64,000 nt of DNA from an uncultured Gammaproteobacteria bacterium (GCA_964408995.1 CAYPBP010000004.1:16618-80617), one strand, 5' to 3'; positions 1-10,741 are shown, numbered from the stretch's first letter. Numbers and translations: made by a program. The notes: generated by a model from the sequence alone, not told the origin.

Positions 1-415
1 CACCGTCACTGGTTAAACAAATAGTAGTTCGTTTTGGATCTCCTAGAGCTAGTCCACAAGCAAAAGAAAGGCCTTGACCAAGAGAACCAGAGGAATATTC
101 AACCCCAGGAACTTCAATGGAAACGTGACCTTGAAGAAATGAATCAAAAGAAGAATAACCATCTAATAATTTTTTTGGGAAATATTTGGCTTTAGACAAA
201 ACGACATAAAGGGCTTGAGCTAAGTGTCCGGCAGATAAAATAAAATGGTCTTTTTTTAAATCAAAAAGATTAGAAAAATAAACGGCAGTGATTAAATCCA
301 GTGAAGATAAACAACCACCAATGTGTCCCCCGTTTTTATAAGTCATATCTAATAAATCAAGTCTTAATTCTTTGGCTGTTTTCTGGAAGGGATGCGTTTT
401 TCTTAAAGTAAGCAT
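1..415 (-). CDS. Transketolase N-terminal (TPP-binding) subunit, truncated by window edge
   Basis: Not in ORF track. Manual translation from ATG at 415: MLTLRKTHPFQKTAKELRLDLLDMTYKNGGHIGGCLSSLD...DHFILSAGH...LQGHVSIEVPGVEYSSGSLGQGLSFACG...ICLTSDG, the typical TktA N-terminal motifs. Confidence 0.9.
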   Translation of the reverse strand, partial: MLTLRKTHPFQKTAKELRLDLLDMTYKNGGHIGGCLSSLDLITAVYFSNLFDLKKDHFILSAGHLAQALYVVLSKAKYFPKKLLDGYSSFDSFLQGHVSIEVPGVEYSSGSLGQGLSFACGLALGDPKRTTICLTSDG

Positions 416-489
416 TTACCTAGTATAAGATAAAGATCTCCATCGTGCCAGTAGCACAATGGCTTAATGAGATATAATAGCCAGTATCG

Positions 490-990
490 ATGGAAGACTT
501 TTATAAAAAATATCACTTGAGCGTTCAAGGCTTTGTAGCCCAAAAAATTGATGATGAAGGAGTGGCTGAAGAATTAACTAATGACATTATGATGGCAGCT
601 ATAATTTGCCGACCTAATTTTAATGGTGATTCGAGTGAGTTTAGTTGGATTTGTAGTATTGCTAAACATAAAATAATTGATTATTACCGAAAGAAAAAAC
701 TTAAAACTATTTTGTTTTCAGTGTCACCTGTCTTTGAAGAAATTGCTGATAAAGCCTTAACTCCAGAAAGAGATGCACTTAAAAATGAACTTAAAGATGA
801 AATAAAAAAAACATTTAAAGAATTAAGCAAAGGATATAAAGATATTTTGCGACTTAAATATATAGAGGGAATGAAAGTGAGTGAAATTGCAAAAACCTTA
901 AAGTTAACTATTAAAGGGGCTGAATCTAAACTAATTAGAGCTAAAAAGAAATTTAGAAAAGCGTGGAGTTATGATAAAAAAAAGAATTAA
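490..990 (+). CDS. ECF-family RNA polymerase sigma factor
   Basis: Region 2 (AEELTNDIM...FSSWI-like, IAKHKIIDYYRK) and region 4 (LKYIEGMKVSEIAKTL) motifs, 166 aa. Confidence 0.9.
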   Translation: MEDFYKKYHLSVQGFVAQKIDDEGVAEELTNDIMMAAIICRPNFNGDSSEFSWICSIAKHKIIDYYRKKKLKTILFSVSPVFEEIADKALTPERDALKNELKDEIKKTFKELSKGYKDILRLKYIEGMKVSEIAKTLKLTIKGAESKLIRAKKKFRKAWSYDKKKN

Positions 991-1315
991 AAAAATAATA
1001 AAATTAGTTTTTTTGATAACTGTTAGACAGATTTGGAAACTGTTGTGCAATTTATATAATATTATTGAACAACCATTTTTGACACTTAAAAAGTTGATTA
1101 TAAAAGATAAAGATAAGTCACAAATGTTTTTAGTGGGAATAATTTTTTTGATGCCAATGTTTGCTTATGGAATAGCTAGAGTTGTTTCGGATTATTATCG
1201 ATATGGAATAATTCTTAATGGAGTAGGAATAGTTTTTTTGACAGCAATAAGTATTCAAATAATTTTTTTGAGTTATTTGGGGTATTGGCTTTGGAAAATA
1301 ATCAAAAGTAAATGA
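971..1315 (+). CDS. Small membrane protein overlapping the ECF sigma gene
   Basis: Two hydrophobic segments; 20-nt overlap with sigma gene. Confidence 0.7.
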   Translation: MIKKRIKKIIKLVFLITVRQIWKLLCNLYNIIEQPFLTLKKLIIKDKDKSQMFLVGIIFLMPMFAYGIARVVSDYYRYGIILNGVGIVFLTAISIQIIFLSYLGYWLWKIIKSK

Positions 1316-1346
1316 TTTTGAAATAAGTGACGACTTAACTTCTACC

Positions 1347-1799
1347 ATGATTAAAAATAATAAAATTGATTTCAAAAGTAAGGATTATTTAGAATTTATA
1401 GATATTACTGATCAAGTAGAAGGGTTTGTTAAAGAAAGTGAAATAGAGAATGGAAATATTTTAGTTTTTTCTACTCATACAACATTAGCTATTTGTGTTA
1501 ATGAAAAAGAAAAAGGAATTGTGGCTGATTTTAAGAAATTGATGAGTAAAATGATTCCTAAAGAAAATTATTATCAACATAATGATTTGGAAGTTAGAAC
1601 TGAAAACTTAGTTTGCCAATCAGCTAGTTCTGATTGTTTGAATGGACATTCTCACTGCACCCAAATGTTAATGAGAAACTCAGAAACTATTCCAATAATT
1701 GAGGGAAAAATGGCATTGGGAGTATGGCAAAGAATTTTTGCTATTGAACTCGATTGTGCTAGGCCACGAAAAGTTTTACTACAAATAATTGGAGATTAG
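1347..1799 (+). CDS. YjbQ/UPF0047 family protein
   Basis: HTT, INE/VNE, Y.HND, NGHSH and LGVWQRIFAIELD..RPR motifs. Confidence 0.9.
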   Translation: MIKNNKIDFKSKDYLEFIDITDQVEGFVKESEIENGNILVFSTHTTLAICVNEKEKGIVADFKKLMSKMIPKENYYQHNDLEVRTENLVCQSASSDCLNGHSHCTQMLMRNSETIPIIEGKMALGVWQRIFAIELDCARPRKVLLQIIGD

Positions 1800-2851
1800 A
1801 TAGTTAGTTTATTAACTTCTTCCATTAAAGCAGATAAGATTTGATTTTCGGGAACTGTTTTTATTATTTTACCTTTGGCAAAAATAGCTCCACAACCTTT
1901 TCCACCAGCAACTCCAACATCAGCTTCCATGGCTTCACCTGGACCATTAACAACACAACCCATAACAGCCACTTTAATTGGTTTATCAACGTTTTTCAAA
2001 GCTTCTTCAACCTTGTTGGTTAAAGAAATTAAGTCTATTTCGGTTCGACCACAAGTTGGACAAGAAATTATATCTGGACCTCGTTGTCTTAGATTCAAAC
2101 TTTTTAAGATAGCCCAGCCAACTTTTACTTCTTCATTAACAGCAGCAGTTAAAGAAACACGTAGAGTTGATCCAATTCCCTCTTGAAGAAGAGTGCCGAT
2201 GCCAATTGAGTTTCTGATAGTTCCCATAAAAGCACTGCCAGCATGAGTTACTCCTAAATGAATTGGGTAATCAGTTTTGGTGGCCAAAAGTCGATAACCT
2301 TCAATCATTTGAGGAACGTCATTAAATTTTATGGAGACTAAAGTATTGTAAAAATTTAATTTTTCTAAAATACGAACATGTCTTAAAATGGACTCAACTG
2401 CGGCTTTGGGAGTTGGACCATATTTTTTGAATAAATCTTTTTCAATTGAACCAACATTAACACCAATTCTGATGGGAATATTTTTGTCTTTACAAGCATT
2501 AACAACAGCTTGAACTTTCTCTTCTGAGCCAATATTGCCAGGATTAATCCTAACTTTGTCAATGCCATTTTTGATTGATTCTAGAGCTAATAAATAGTCA
2601 AAGTGAATATCAGCAACTAGTGGAATGTGAATTTGTTTTTTAATATCACGAATGGCTTTAGCTGATTCCATATTAGGAACAGCAACTCGAATTATCTCAC
2701 AACCATCTGCTTCTAATTCTAAGATTTGTTTAACAGTGGCAGTGATATCTTTGGTATCAGTGTTACACATTGATTGAACTCTGATTGGGTTATCTCCACC
2801 AAGAATTAAGGAAGCAACTTTGACTTCTCTAGATTTATATTTTTTATTCAT
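1796..2851 (-). CDS. ispG: 4-hydroxy-3-methylbut-2-en-1-yl diphosphate synthase
   Basis: PIRVQSMCNT, PLVADIHF, RINPGNIG, SCPTCGRT, AVMGCVVNGPGEA. Confidence 0.97.
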   Translation of the reverse strand: MNKKYKSREVKVASLILGGDNPIRVQSMCNTDTKDITATVKQILELEADGCEIIRVAVPNMESAKAIRDIKKQIHIPLVADIHFDYLLALESIKNGIDKVRINPGNIGSEEKVQAVVNACKDKNIPIRIGVNVGSIEKDLFKKYGPTPKAAVESILRHVRILEKLNFYNTLVSIKFNDVPQMIEGYRLLATKTDYPIHLGVTHAGSAFMGTIRNSIGIGTLLQEGIGSTLRVSLTAAVNEEVKVGWAILKSLNLRQRGPDIISCPTCGRTEIDLISLTNKVEEALKNVDKPIKVAVMGCVVNGPGEAMEADVGVAGGKGCGAIFAKGKIIKTVPENQILSALMEEVNKLTI

Positions 2852-3695
2852 AACTTTTAATTGTTTTAATAACTTCTTCTAAAATTGATTCAGGAGTAGA
2901 AGCACCAGAACTAATAGCAACTTCTTGATGTCCTAAAAACCATTCTCTATTTAATTCTAAAGCATTATCGATAATATAACTGGTAGCACCATTAGATTGG
3001 GCTACTTGTTTAAGATTGTTAGAGTTAGCACTAATTGGAGAACCAACAATAATGACTAAACTACAAGTTTTAGATAATTCAATAATGGCATTTTGACGAT
3101 CAGTGGTGGCTTGGCAAATATGAGGTAAAATAGTAATTTTAGGATATTTATTTTTAATGAAATCAAGAGCATTTTGGGTTTCCAATAAAGAAAGGGTTGT
3201 TTGAGTCATAAGCACATAGTCTTGAGGGTCAGAAATATTTAAATTAAAAATATCGTCGATAATAACTGGAGTGATTAATGAAGGATTTTCACCAACAATA
3301 CCAATTGTTTCATCATGGGTAACGCTGTTACATAAAAAAATTATTTTTTTATTTTGACTAATAAATTGATTGACTGTTTGATGTGATTTTAAAACCAAAG
3401 GACAACTAGCATCAACAATAGTTAATTTCCTAGTTTTGGCTTGATTAAAAACCGAAGGTGGGGCTCCATGAGCCCTAATAATAACAATAGAATTTTTAGG
3501 GATTTGATCTATGGATTGAACAGTTTTGATATTTAATTCTGATTCTAACCAATCGACAACATGTTGGTTATGGACTAACTCGCCTAAAAAATAAATATTT
3601 TTTTGAAATTTTTGAGAAGTTTTTAAAGCTAAATCAATGGCTCGATTGACACCGAAACAAAAACCATGAGGAGAGGCAATATGAAGATTTAGCAT
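2844..3695 (-). CDS. ispH: 4-hydroxy-3-methylbut-2-enyl diphosphate reductase
   Basis: GFCFGV.RA, LVHN, IRAHG, DASCPLV, QTTLS, ICQAT..RQ, SANSNNL, SGASTP. Confidence 0.96.
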   Translation of the reverse strand: MLNLHIASPHGFCFGVNRAIDLALKTSQKFQKNIYFLGELVHNQHVVDWLESELNIKTVQSIDQIPKNSIVIIRAHGAPPSVFNQAKTRKLTIVDASCPLVLKSHQTVNQFISQNKKIIFLCNSVTHDETIGIVGENPSLITPVIIDDIFNLNISDPQDYVLMTQTTLSLLETQNALDFIKNKYPKITILPHICQATTDRQNAIIELSKTCSLVIIVGSPISANSNNLKQVAQSNGATSYIIDNALELNREWFLGHQEVAISSGASTPESILEEVIKTIKSYE

Positions 3696-3741
3696 ATATA
3701 GCTTGTATTATACTAAAAAGTATATAATTACTATAATAAAG

Positions 3742-4710
3742 ATGAAAAAGATAAGTTTTGATATTTTATATTGGATAATAGGAATATTTTTAGTAATTTC
3801 AGCATTGGTTTATGTGAAAGAAAGTTTAGTAACGTCATTGGCATTTTTTTCTTTGAGTTTGTTGATTTTACCAATTACAAAAACATTATTCTCTTTTTTG
3901 AAAAGTTCAATTAAATTTATTATTGGATTTTTAATTTTAATGATAGCTTTTTGGGCAATACCAGAAAATAAGGAAGAAGAAATCATACAAAACAAAATTG
4001 ATATTAAACCAACAGAAATAATAACTTCAATTCCAACAGTTAACTCTGAATTATTTTTAGTAACAAAAATAATTGATGGAGATACTTTGATGATTGATAT
4101 TAATGGCAAGGAGCAAGCTGTTAGACTAATTGGAATTGATACCCCAGAGGTTAAAGATTCCCGAAAAACAGTCCAATGTTTTGGAACTGAAGCCAGTGAA
4201 GAAGCAAGACAATTAATGGAAAATAAAAAAGTAAAGTTAGAGGCAGATATAACTCAAACCGATAAGGATATTTATAATCGATTATTAAGATATGTTTATT
4301 TAGAAGATGGAACTTTGATTAATAAAAAATTAATTGAGGAAGGATTTGGTTTTGAATATACTTACAAGATCCCCTACAAATTTCAAACAGAATTTAAAGA
4401 TGCCCAAAAAATGGCTGAAAGCAAAAAAGTAGGATTATGGGCTGATGGAGTTTGTTTAACACCAATACTAACTAAAGTTCCGACTATAACTAAAACCCAA
4501 ACAACAAAAAAAAATCAACCAATTGAGACAACCACAACACAAGATAAAACAATAAAAACAAATTCTAACTCTGGTTTTGTTTGTGATTGTAGTAAAAGTT
4601 GCACAAAAATTAGTTCTTGTGAAGAAGCTTATTTTCAATTAAACAACTGTGGATGTAGTGTTCGAGATAGTGATGGCGATGGTGTGCCTTGTGAAAGTTT
4701 GTGTAACTAA
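3742..4710 (+). CDS. Membrane-anchored thermonuclease (SNase) with C-terminal Excalibur-like Cys-rich domain
   Basis: IIDGDTL, VRLIGIDTPE, RLLRYVY, GLW motifs; C-terminal CEEAY...D.DGDGVPCE; N-terminal TM helices. Start moved to ATG 3742, which follows TATAAT. Confidence 0.9.
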   Translation: MKKISFDILYWIIGIFLVISALVYVKESLVTSLAFFSLSLLILPITKTLFSFLKSSIKFIIGFLILMIAFWAIPENKEEEIIQNKIDIKPTEIITSIPTVNSELFLVTKIIDGDTLMIDINGKEQAVRLIGIDTPEVKDSRKTVQCFGTEASEEARQLMENKKVKLEADITQTDKDIYNRLLRYVYLEDGTLINKKLIEEGFGFEYTYKIPYKFQTEFKDAQKMAESKKVGLWADGVCLTPILTKVPTITKTQTTKKNQPIETTTTQDKTIKTNSNSGFVCDCSKSCTKISSCEEAYFQLNNCGCSVRDSDGDGVPCESLCN

Positions 4711-4713
4711 AAA

Positions 4714-6255
4714 CTATTTAGAATCTTTGGCCAAGACATCGTGAGCTGAGCCTTCACGTAAAGTTAGTTGAGAAACTGGCCTTTTAACACTATCTTTTCT
4801 GAAACTGGATAAATCAAGACAACCACAATTACACATAGTAGATTTTGTCTTGTAAATTAATTCTTCTAGATTTTCTTTTAATCCACCAGCAAAAGGAACA
4901 TAGCTGTCTACCCCTTCTTCAAATTTAAGTGAATTTTTTCCACCAATGTCATATCTTTGCCAATTTTGAGCTTTATTTGATCCTTCACCCCAATATTCTT
5001 TCATAGGAGTACCATTGATGATAACTTTTGCACCTGGAGCTTCTTCAAAACGAGCAAAATAACGACCCATCATGACAAAATCGGCACCCATGGCTAGAGC
5101 CATAGTGACATTATTGTCAGTGACAATACCACCATCAGAACAAATAGGAATATAAATACCGGTTTTTTTAAAATAAAGATCTCTGGTTTTGGAAACTTCC
5201 ATAACAGCAGTGGCTTGACCACAACCGATACCTTTTTGCTCTCGAGTTATACAAATAGATCCACCACCAATTCCAACTTTAATAAAATCGGCTCCAGCGG
5301 CGGCTAAAAATTCAAAACCATTGGCAGCAACCACATTTCCGGCTCCGATTTTGACATCGTTACCATATTTTTTTCTAACAAAGGAAATAACATCTTTAGC
5401 ATATTCACTATAACCATCTGAAGAATCAATACATAAAACATCAACACCAGCAGCAACTAAAGCTGGGATTCTTTGTTCATAATCTCTGGTATTAATACCA
5501 GCACCAACCATAAATCTTTTTTGGTCATCTAACAATTCATTTCTGTTATCGACGTGTTGATCGTAATCTTTTCTAAAAACTAGTGATTCTAAATTACCTT
5601 TTTTATCAATAATTGGTAAAACATTTAATTTATGTTCCCAAATCATGGCATTGGCCTGGGAAAGTGAAATACCACTTTTGCCACAAATTAATTTTTCCAT
5701 AGGAGTCATAAATTTACTGATAGGAGTATTGTTTTCGATATAGCCAATCCTGTAGTCACGAGAAGTAACCAGTCCTAGCAATTTGCCATTAGACTTTCCA
5801 TTGTCGGTTATAGGAATAGTTGAGTGACCTTTTTGAGCTTTTAAATCAAGAACATTATCTAAAGTATCGGTTGCTTTTAAGTTGGAATCACTGGTAACAA
5901 AACCAGCTTTATATTTTTTGACTTTGGAAACCATTTCACATTGATCTTCTATAGTTTGAGAACCATAGATAAAAGAAAGACCACCTTGTTTGGCAAGAGC
6001 GACAGCTAAATTATCATCGGAAACCGCTTGCATGATAGCAGAAGTAACTGGAATGTTTAGTTTTAAAGGTTTAATTGAAGCATCTTTTTTAGAATATTTG
6101 GTTAAAAATGTTTCAAGTGAAACTTTGTCTGGAATACATTCTTTGGTGGTTAAGCCTGGTGATAATAAATATTCTCCAAAAGTTCTTGATTCTTCTACTA
6201 AATGATTGTCTATTGACATAATTGGGGGTTTTTTAGGTTTATTTTGGCTTTTCAT
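4714..6255 (-). CDS. guaB: IMP dehydrogenase with CBS pair
   Basis: [27 protein letters not shown] (catalytic Cys), CSDGG, EEGVDS. Start at 6255 chosen because it follows TGTATAAT. Confidence 0.93.
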   Translation of the reverse strand: MKSQNKPKKPPIMSIDNHLVEESRTFGEYLLSPGLTTKECIPDKVSLETFLTKYSKKDASIKPLKLNIPVTSAIMQAVSDDNLAVALAKQGGLSFIYGSQTIEDQCEMVSKVKKYKAGFVTSDSNLKATDTLDNVLDLKAQKGHSTIPITDNGKSNGKLLGLVTSRDYRIGYIENNTPISKFMTPMEKLICGKSGISLSQANAMIWEHKLNVLPIIDKKGNLESLVFRKDYDQHVDNRNELLDDQKRFMVGAGINTRDYEQRIPALVAAGVDVLCIDSSDGYSEYAKDVISFVRKKYGNDVKIGAGNVVAANGFEFLAAAGADFIKVGIGGGSICITREQKGIGCGQATAVMEVSKTRDLYFKKTGIYIPICSDGGIVTDNNVTMALAMGADFVMMGRYFARFEEAPGAKVIINGTPMKEYWGEGSNKAQNWQRYDIGGKNSLKFEEGVDSYVPFAGGLKENLEELIYKTKSTMCNCGCLDLSSFRKDSVKRPVSQLTLREGSAHDVLAKDSK

Positions 6256-6320
6256 TATTGATAGATTATACATCAAAATTGAAAAATCTGGTTAAATTAG
6301 AGATAGGAGTAAAATTTGAT

Positions 6321-6911
6321 ATGAAAACACTAGTAATAATGATTCCAGGATTAGGAAATGATAGTGTTTATATTTATAATCCAATGTTGAATTGGTGGAG
6401 AAAAAAGGGAATAGAAATGCTTTTGTTTAAAACTGAATGGAGAAGTAAGGAAAATTATCAAAAAAAAATAAAAAGGTTATTGGATTTAATTGATGAAAAA
6501 TCGAAGAATAATAAAGTGTCATTAATTGGAATGAGTGCTGGGGGAAGTTTGGCTGTAAACGCTTTTAGTGAAAGAAAAGATAAGATTAATAAAGTGATAA
6601 CTGTTTGTTCTAGGCTTAGAATAGGAAAGATGAATGGTTTAAGTGGTTTTAAAAAAAGAGTTGAGGGCTATCCATCTTTTAAAGAATCAATTATAAAAAC
6701 TGAAGAAAAAGAAAAATTATTGGCTAAAAAAGAAAGACAACAAATTATGACTGTTCATGCTCTTTTTGGCGATCAATTGATAAAAGCGAATACGGCCATT
6801 ATTGATGGGGCAAGGAATATAACGGTAGCAACCATGGGACACAGAATTAGTATTGCTTCTAGTTTGACGATATTTTCAAAACCGTTAAGGGAATTTATTG
6901 TTGGGAAATAA
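6321..6911 (+). CDS. Alpha/beta hydrolase
   Basis: IPGLG oxyanion motif, GMSAGG nucleophile elbow, D and GH near C-terminus. Confidence 0.8.
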   Translation: MKTLVIMIPGLGNDSVYIYNPMLNWWRKKGIEMLLFKTEWRSKENYQKKIKRLLDLIDEKSKNNKVSLIGMSAGGSLAVNAFSERKDKINKVITVCSRLRIGKMNGLSGFKKRVEGYPSFKESIIKTEEKEKLLAKKERQQIMTVHALFGDQLIKANTAIIDGARNITVATMGHRISIASSLTIFSKPLREFIVGK

Positions 6912-6920
6912 AACGAGAAA

Positions 6921-6960
6921 CGGCAGGTGTAGTATCTTAAAAAGAAACATTCACCTGCCG
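6921..6960. terminator. Inverted repeat between convergent genes (possible terminator or stability hairpin)
   Basis: CGGCAGGTG (6921-6929) and CACCTGCCG (6952-6960), 22-nt loop. Confidence 0.5.
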
Positions 6961-6994
6961 GCGTAGATAAAAACAATAAAACTGAAAAAATAAA

Positions 6995-7321
6995 TTAAGA
7001 GAGAATGGTAATAAGGTCTTTGATTTCTTGATTCATTTTGGGTGTAGAGGTAGGAGTTTGAAGTTGTTTTAATTTGTTTTTGAAAAACCTAATAGCTTGA
7101 TCTGTTGGCTTTTTTAAGAAATAACTTTGATCACCTGGAACTGTCAGAACAGTTAAAGCGGTATCAATTGGACGCGGCATCTGTTTTGTTAAAAACCAAC
7201 CTCCGAGAAATATTAATTCCCCTGTTACCCTAACTGTTTTGACAAAAAAGAACTGGAGGTTAGATTTGCCTTGAATTCCAATTATAACCAAACTGTTTTC
7301 TGATGGAATAAAGTTGTTCAT
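6995..7321 (-). CDS. Hypothetical protein
   Basis: Start at 7321 (MNNFIP) overlaps the upstream stop as ATGA and follows an AGGAG SD. Confidence 0.65.
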   Translation of the reverse strand: MNNFIPSENSLVIIGIQGKSNLQFFFVKTVRVTGELIFLGGWFLTKQMPRPIDTALTVLTVPGDQSYFLKKPTDQAIRFFKNKLKQLQTPTSTPKMNQEIKDLITILS

Positions 7322-7572
7322 ATTAATGCTCCTTTCTTTTTTAATTCTTCTTTTTGGTCTTGATAACTTTGCCAATTGTGTAAAAGATAGCTTCTCTCGG
7401 ATTTTATATCACTTGTAAAATCAGTGAGCTTAAGCTTTTTCCTGCCGGGCTTGAAAATAATAGTAAAACTTGACTTAGACCTATCAAGAATACAATGTTT
7501 TACTTTGGTAATTTTGGATATATTGGACAGGTTGAATTTTCTACCAAAACATTTATATTCATCTGGAATCAT
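7318..7572 (-). CDS. Small basic hypothetical protein, paralog of 7569..7817
   Basis: ATGA coupling at both ends; aligns with neighbour, ends EELKKKGALI. Confidence 0.7.
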   Translation of the reverse strand: MIPDEYKCFGRKFNLSNISKITKVKHCILDRSKSSFTIIFKPGRKKLKLTDFTSDIKSERSYLLHNWQSYQDQKEELKKKGALI

Positions 7573-7817
7573 CTTTTTGCCCCTTTCTTTTTTAATTCTT
7601 CCTTAGTACGATATTTTTCGAGCTTGTCTTCCAATTTTCTTTTGGCAGAATATACTTCACTTCTTTGATCTGATAATCTGACTTTTTTGCCATTAGGAAA
7701 TAATTTGACATAAAAATGCGCTTTGTTCCAATTGAAAAAGTTACTTTTTATCTCACCGATGTCATAAACCTTAGGGAAAGATATAAATACACCTAAACAT
7801 TTCATACTGCTTTTCAT
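7569..7817 (-). CDS. Small basic hypothetical protein, paralog of 7318..7572
   Basis: AAAGGA SD upstream; ends EELKKKGAKR. Confidence 0.7.
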   Translation of the reverse strand: MKSSMKCLGVFISFPKVYDIGEIKSNFFNWNKAHFYVKLFPNGKKVRLSDQRSEVYSAKRKLEDKLEKYRTKEELKKKGAKR

Positions 7818-7987
7818 TTTTTACATTGTTCCTTTCTTAATTTCTTATATTTATTTTTTTGAATAAATGCCCAGTCTAGACACAAAAGTTTATGTCCAAG
7901 CTGAGCATTTATTCTCAGTTTTATTGATTTTTAAGGTACAAATTTACTAAGTTTAACCAGCTTTAGGCTATTTAATAAAATTAAGGG

Positions 7988-8016
7988 ATTGTATTAGAAA
8001 ACAGGGATAAAATCAA
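7988..8016 (-). promoter_or_regulatory. Sigma70-type promoter (proximal copy)
   Basis: TTGATT-17 nt-TACAAT on minus strand. Confidence 0.65.
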
Positions 8017-8113
8017 TCAAAGAATATATCTGAAACTGTTTTAGGTAGATAAAGAAATTAAAAAAATTGAGAGAAAGTTAACCCGCTTTGGGTTATTTTA
8101 ATAAAAGTGAGTG

Positions 8114-8142
8114 ATTATATTCAAAATGGGTATAAAAGTCAA
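8114..8142 (-). promoter_or_regulatory. Sigma70-type promoter (distal copy)
   Basis: TTGACT-17 nt-TATAAT on minus strand. Confidence 0.75.
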
Positions 8143-8166
8143 GTTATAGGATACTTTTTAGTTTTG

Positions 8167-8237
8167 AGACGCGGATGGGAGTTGAACCCATCTAGACGGT
8201 TTTGCAGACCGTTGTCTAACCGCTTGACTACCGCGTC
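8167..8237 (-). tRNA. tRNA-Cys(GCA)
   Basis: GACGCGG/CCGCGTC acceptor stem, ACGGT-CTGCAAA-ACCGT anticodon arm, GGTTCAACTCC T arm, U discriminator; no encoded CCA. Confidence 0.95.
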
Positions 8238-8239
8238 AG

Positions 8240-8497
8240 TTAGATTTGTAAAGAATTGCTAATTTGCAATTTTAAACTAATTTTAGCTTTTCCGCCAGAC
8301 TTTAGATATTTTTCTCTATTTTGAGCATCTTTTTTGTCTAAAAATGCTTCGTAATAAACTAATTTTACTGGCCTTCTATTTTTGGTTGATTTAACTAATC
8401 CTAATTGATGTTGTGAAATTCGCCTTTTTAAATTAGAACTATAACCAGTGTAAATTTTTTGATCTTTAAGACTTTTCAAAATGTAGACGTAGTACAC
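8240..8497 (-). CDS. Stand-alone GIY-YIG nuclease (UPF0213-like)
   Basis: YYVYILKS...YTGYSSNLKRRISQH..G...TK.RRP..LVYYE.F....A..RE..LK; stop is 2 nt before tRNA-Cys. Confidence 0.92.
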   Translation of the reverse strand: MYYVYILKSLKDQKIYTGYSSNLKRRISQHQLGLVKSTKNRRPVKLVYYEAFLDKKDAQNREKYLKSGGKAKISLKLQISNSLQI

Positions 8498-8525
8498 ATT
8501 TAAATGATATCAAAAACTGAATTAA

Positions 8526-8602
8526 GGTTTTGCACCCCGCCGCTGCGGGGTAACCGCTTGTCCCGCCGCTGCGGGGTAACCGCTTGTCCCGCCGCTGCGG
8601 GA
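8526..8602 (-). repeat. Three 16-bp GC hairpins alternating with tRNA-Cys fragments
   Basis: (C/T)CCCGCCGCTGCGGG(G/A) at 8535, 8561, 8587; TAACCGCTTG at 8551 and 8577; GGTTTTGCA at 8526. Both fragments also occur in tRNA-Cys. Confidence 0.9.
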
Positions 8603-8624
8603 TAGAGAGTAAGCCTATTTTATC

Positions 8625-8652
8625 AAAAAACCCTCCAATTAAGGAGGGTTTT
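8625..8652. terminator. Intrinsic (bidirectional) terminator downstream of groEL
   Basis: AAAAAA-CCCTCC-AATTAA-GGAGGG-TTTT. Confidence 0.85.
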
Positions 8653-8735
8653 GATTATTCAATTAATATCCTTCGATTCCTTCGATAAATTAATAACGAA
8701 GTTCACTCAGGATGATGAAATTTAATTAAATTTCA

Positions 8736-10406
<1,671 letters not shown>

Positions 10407-10417
10407 TTAATTAATAA

Positions 10418-10708
10418 TTATTTAATAATTGCCATTATATCGTCGAATTTTAATAATAATAATTCGACATTATCTTCTTTATATTCTTTACCACCCCATT
10501 CACGGTAAACAACGATGTCACCGACAAGGCATGGAGATTTAATTTCACGACCGTCTATAAAGACAGTATCGCCAACAGCGAGAACTTTACCTTGTTGAGG
10601 TTTGTCTTGATGGGTTTCTGGTAAAACGATACCAGAGGCAGTGGTTTTTTCTTGTTTTTGTGGCTCGACTAGAAGGTAGCCAGCAACAGGATGGATTTTG
10701 GTTGACAT
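10418..10708 (-). CDS. groS: Co-chaperonin GroES
   Basis: TASGIVLP, KPQQGKVLAVG, DIMAII; directly upstream of groEL. Confidence 0.97.
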   Translation of the reverse strand: MSTKIHPVAGYLLVEPQKQEKTTASGIVLPETHQDKPQQGKVLAVGDTVFIDGREIKSPCLVGDIVVYREWGGKEYKEDNVELLLLKFDDIMAIIK

Positions 10709-10741
10709 AGTGTTTTTGAACGATTAAATAATAAATAATAA

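Noticed and set aside
8535-8602. CRISPR array
   Set aside because: Repeats are 16 bp, spacers are 10 bp, identical and tRNA-derived; no cas genes in the window. Reported instead as a hairpin/tRNA-fragment array
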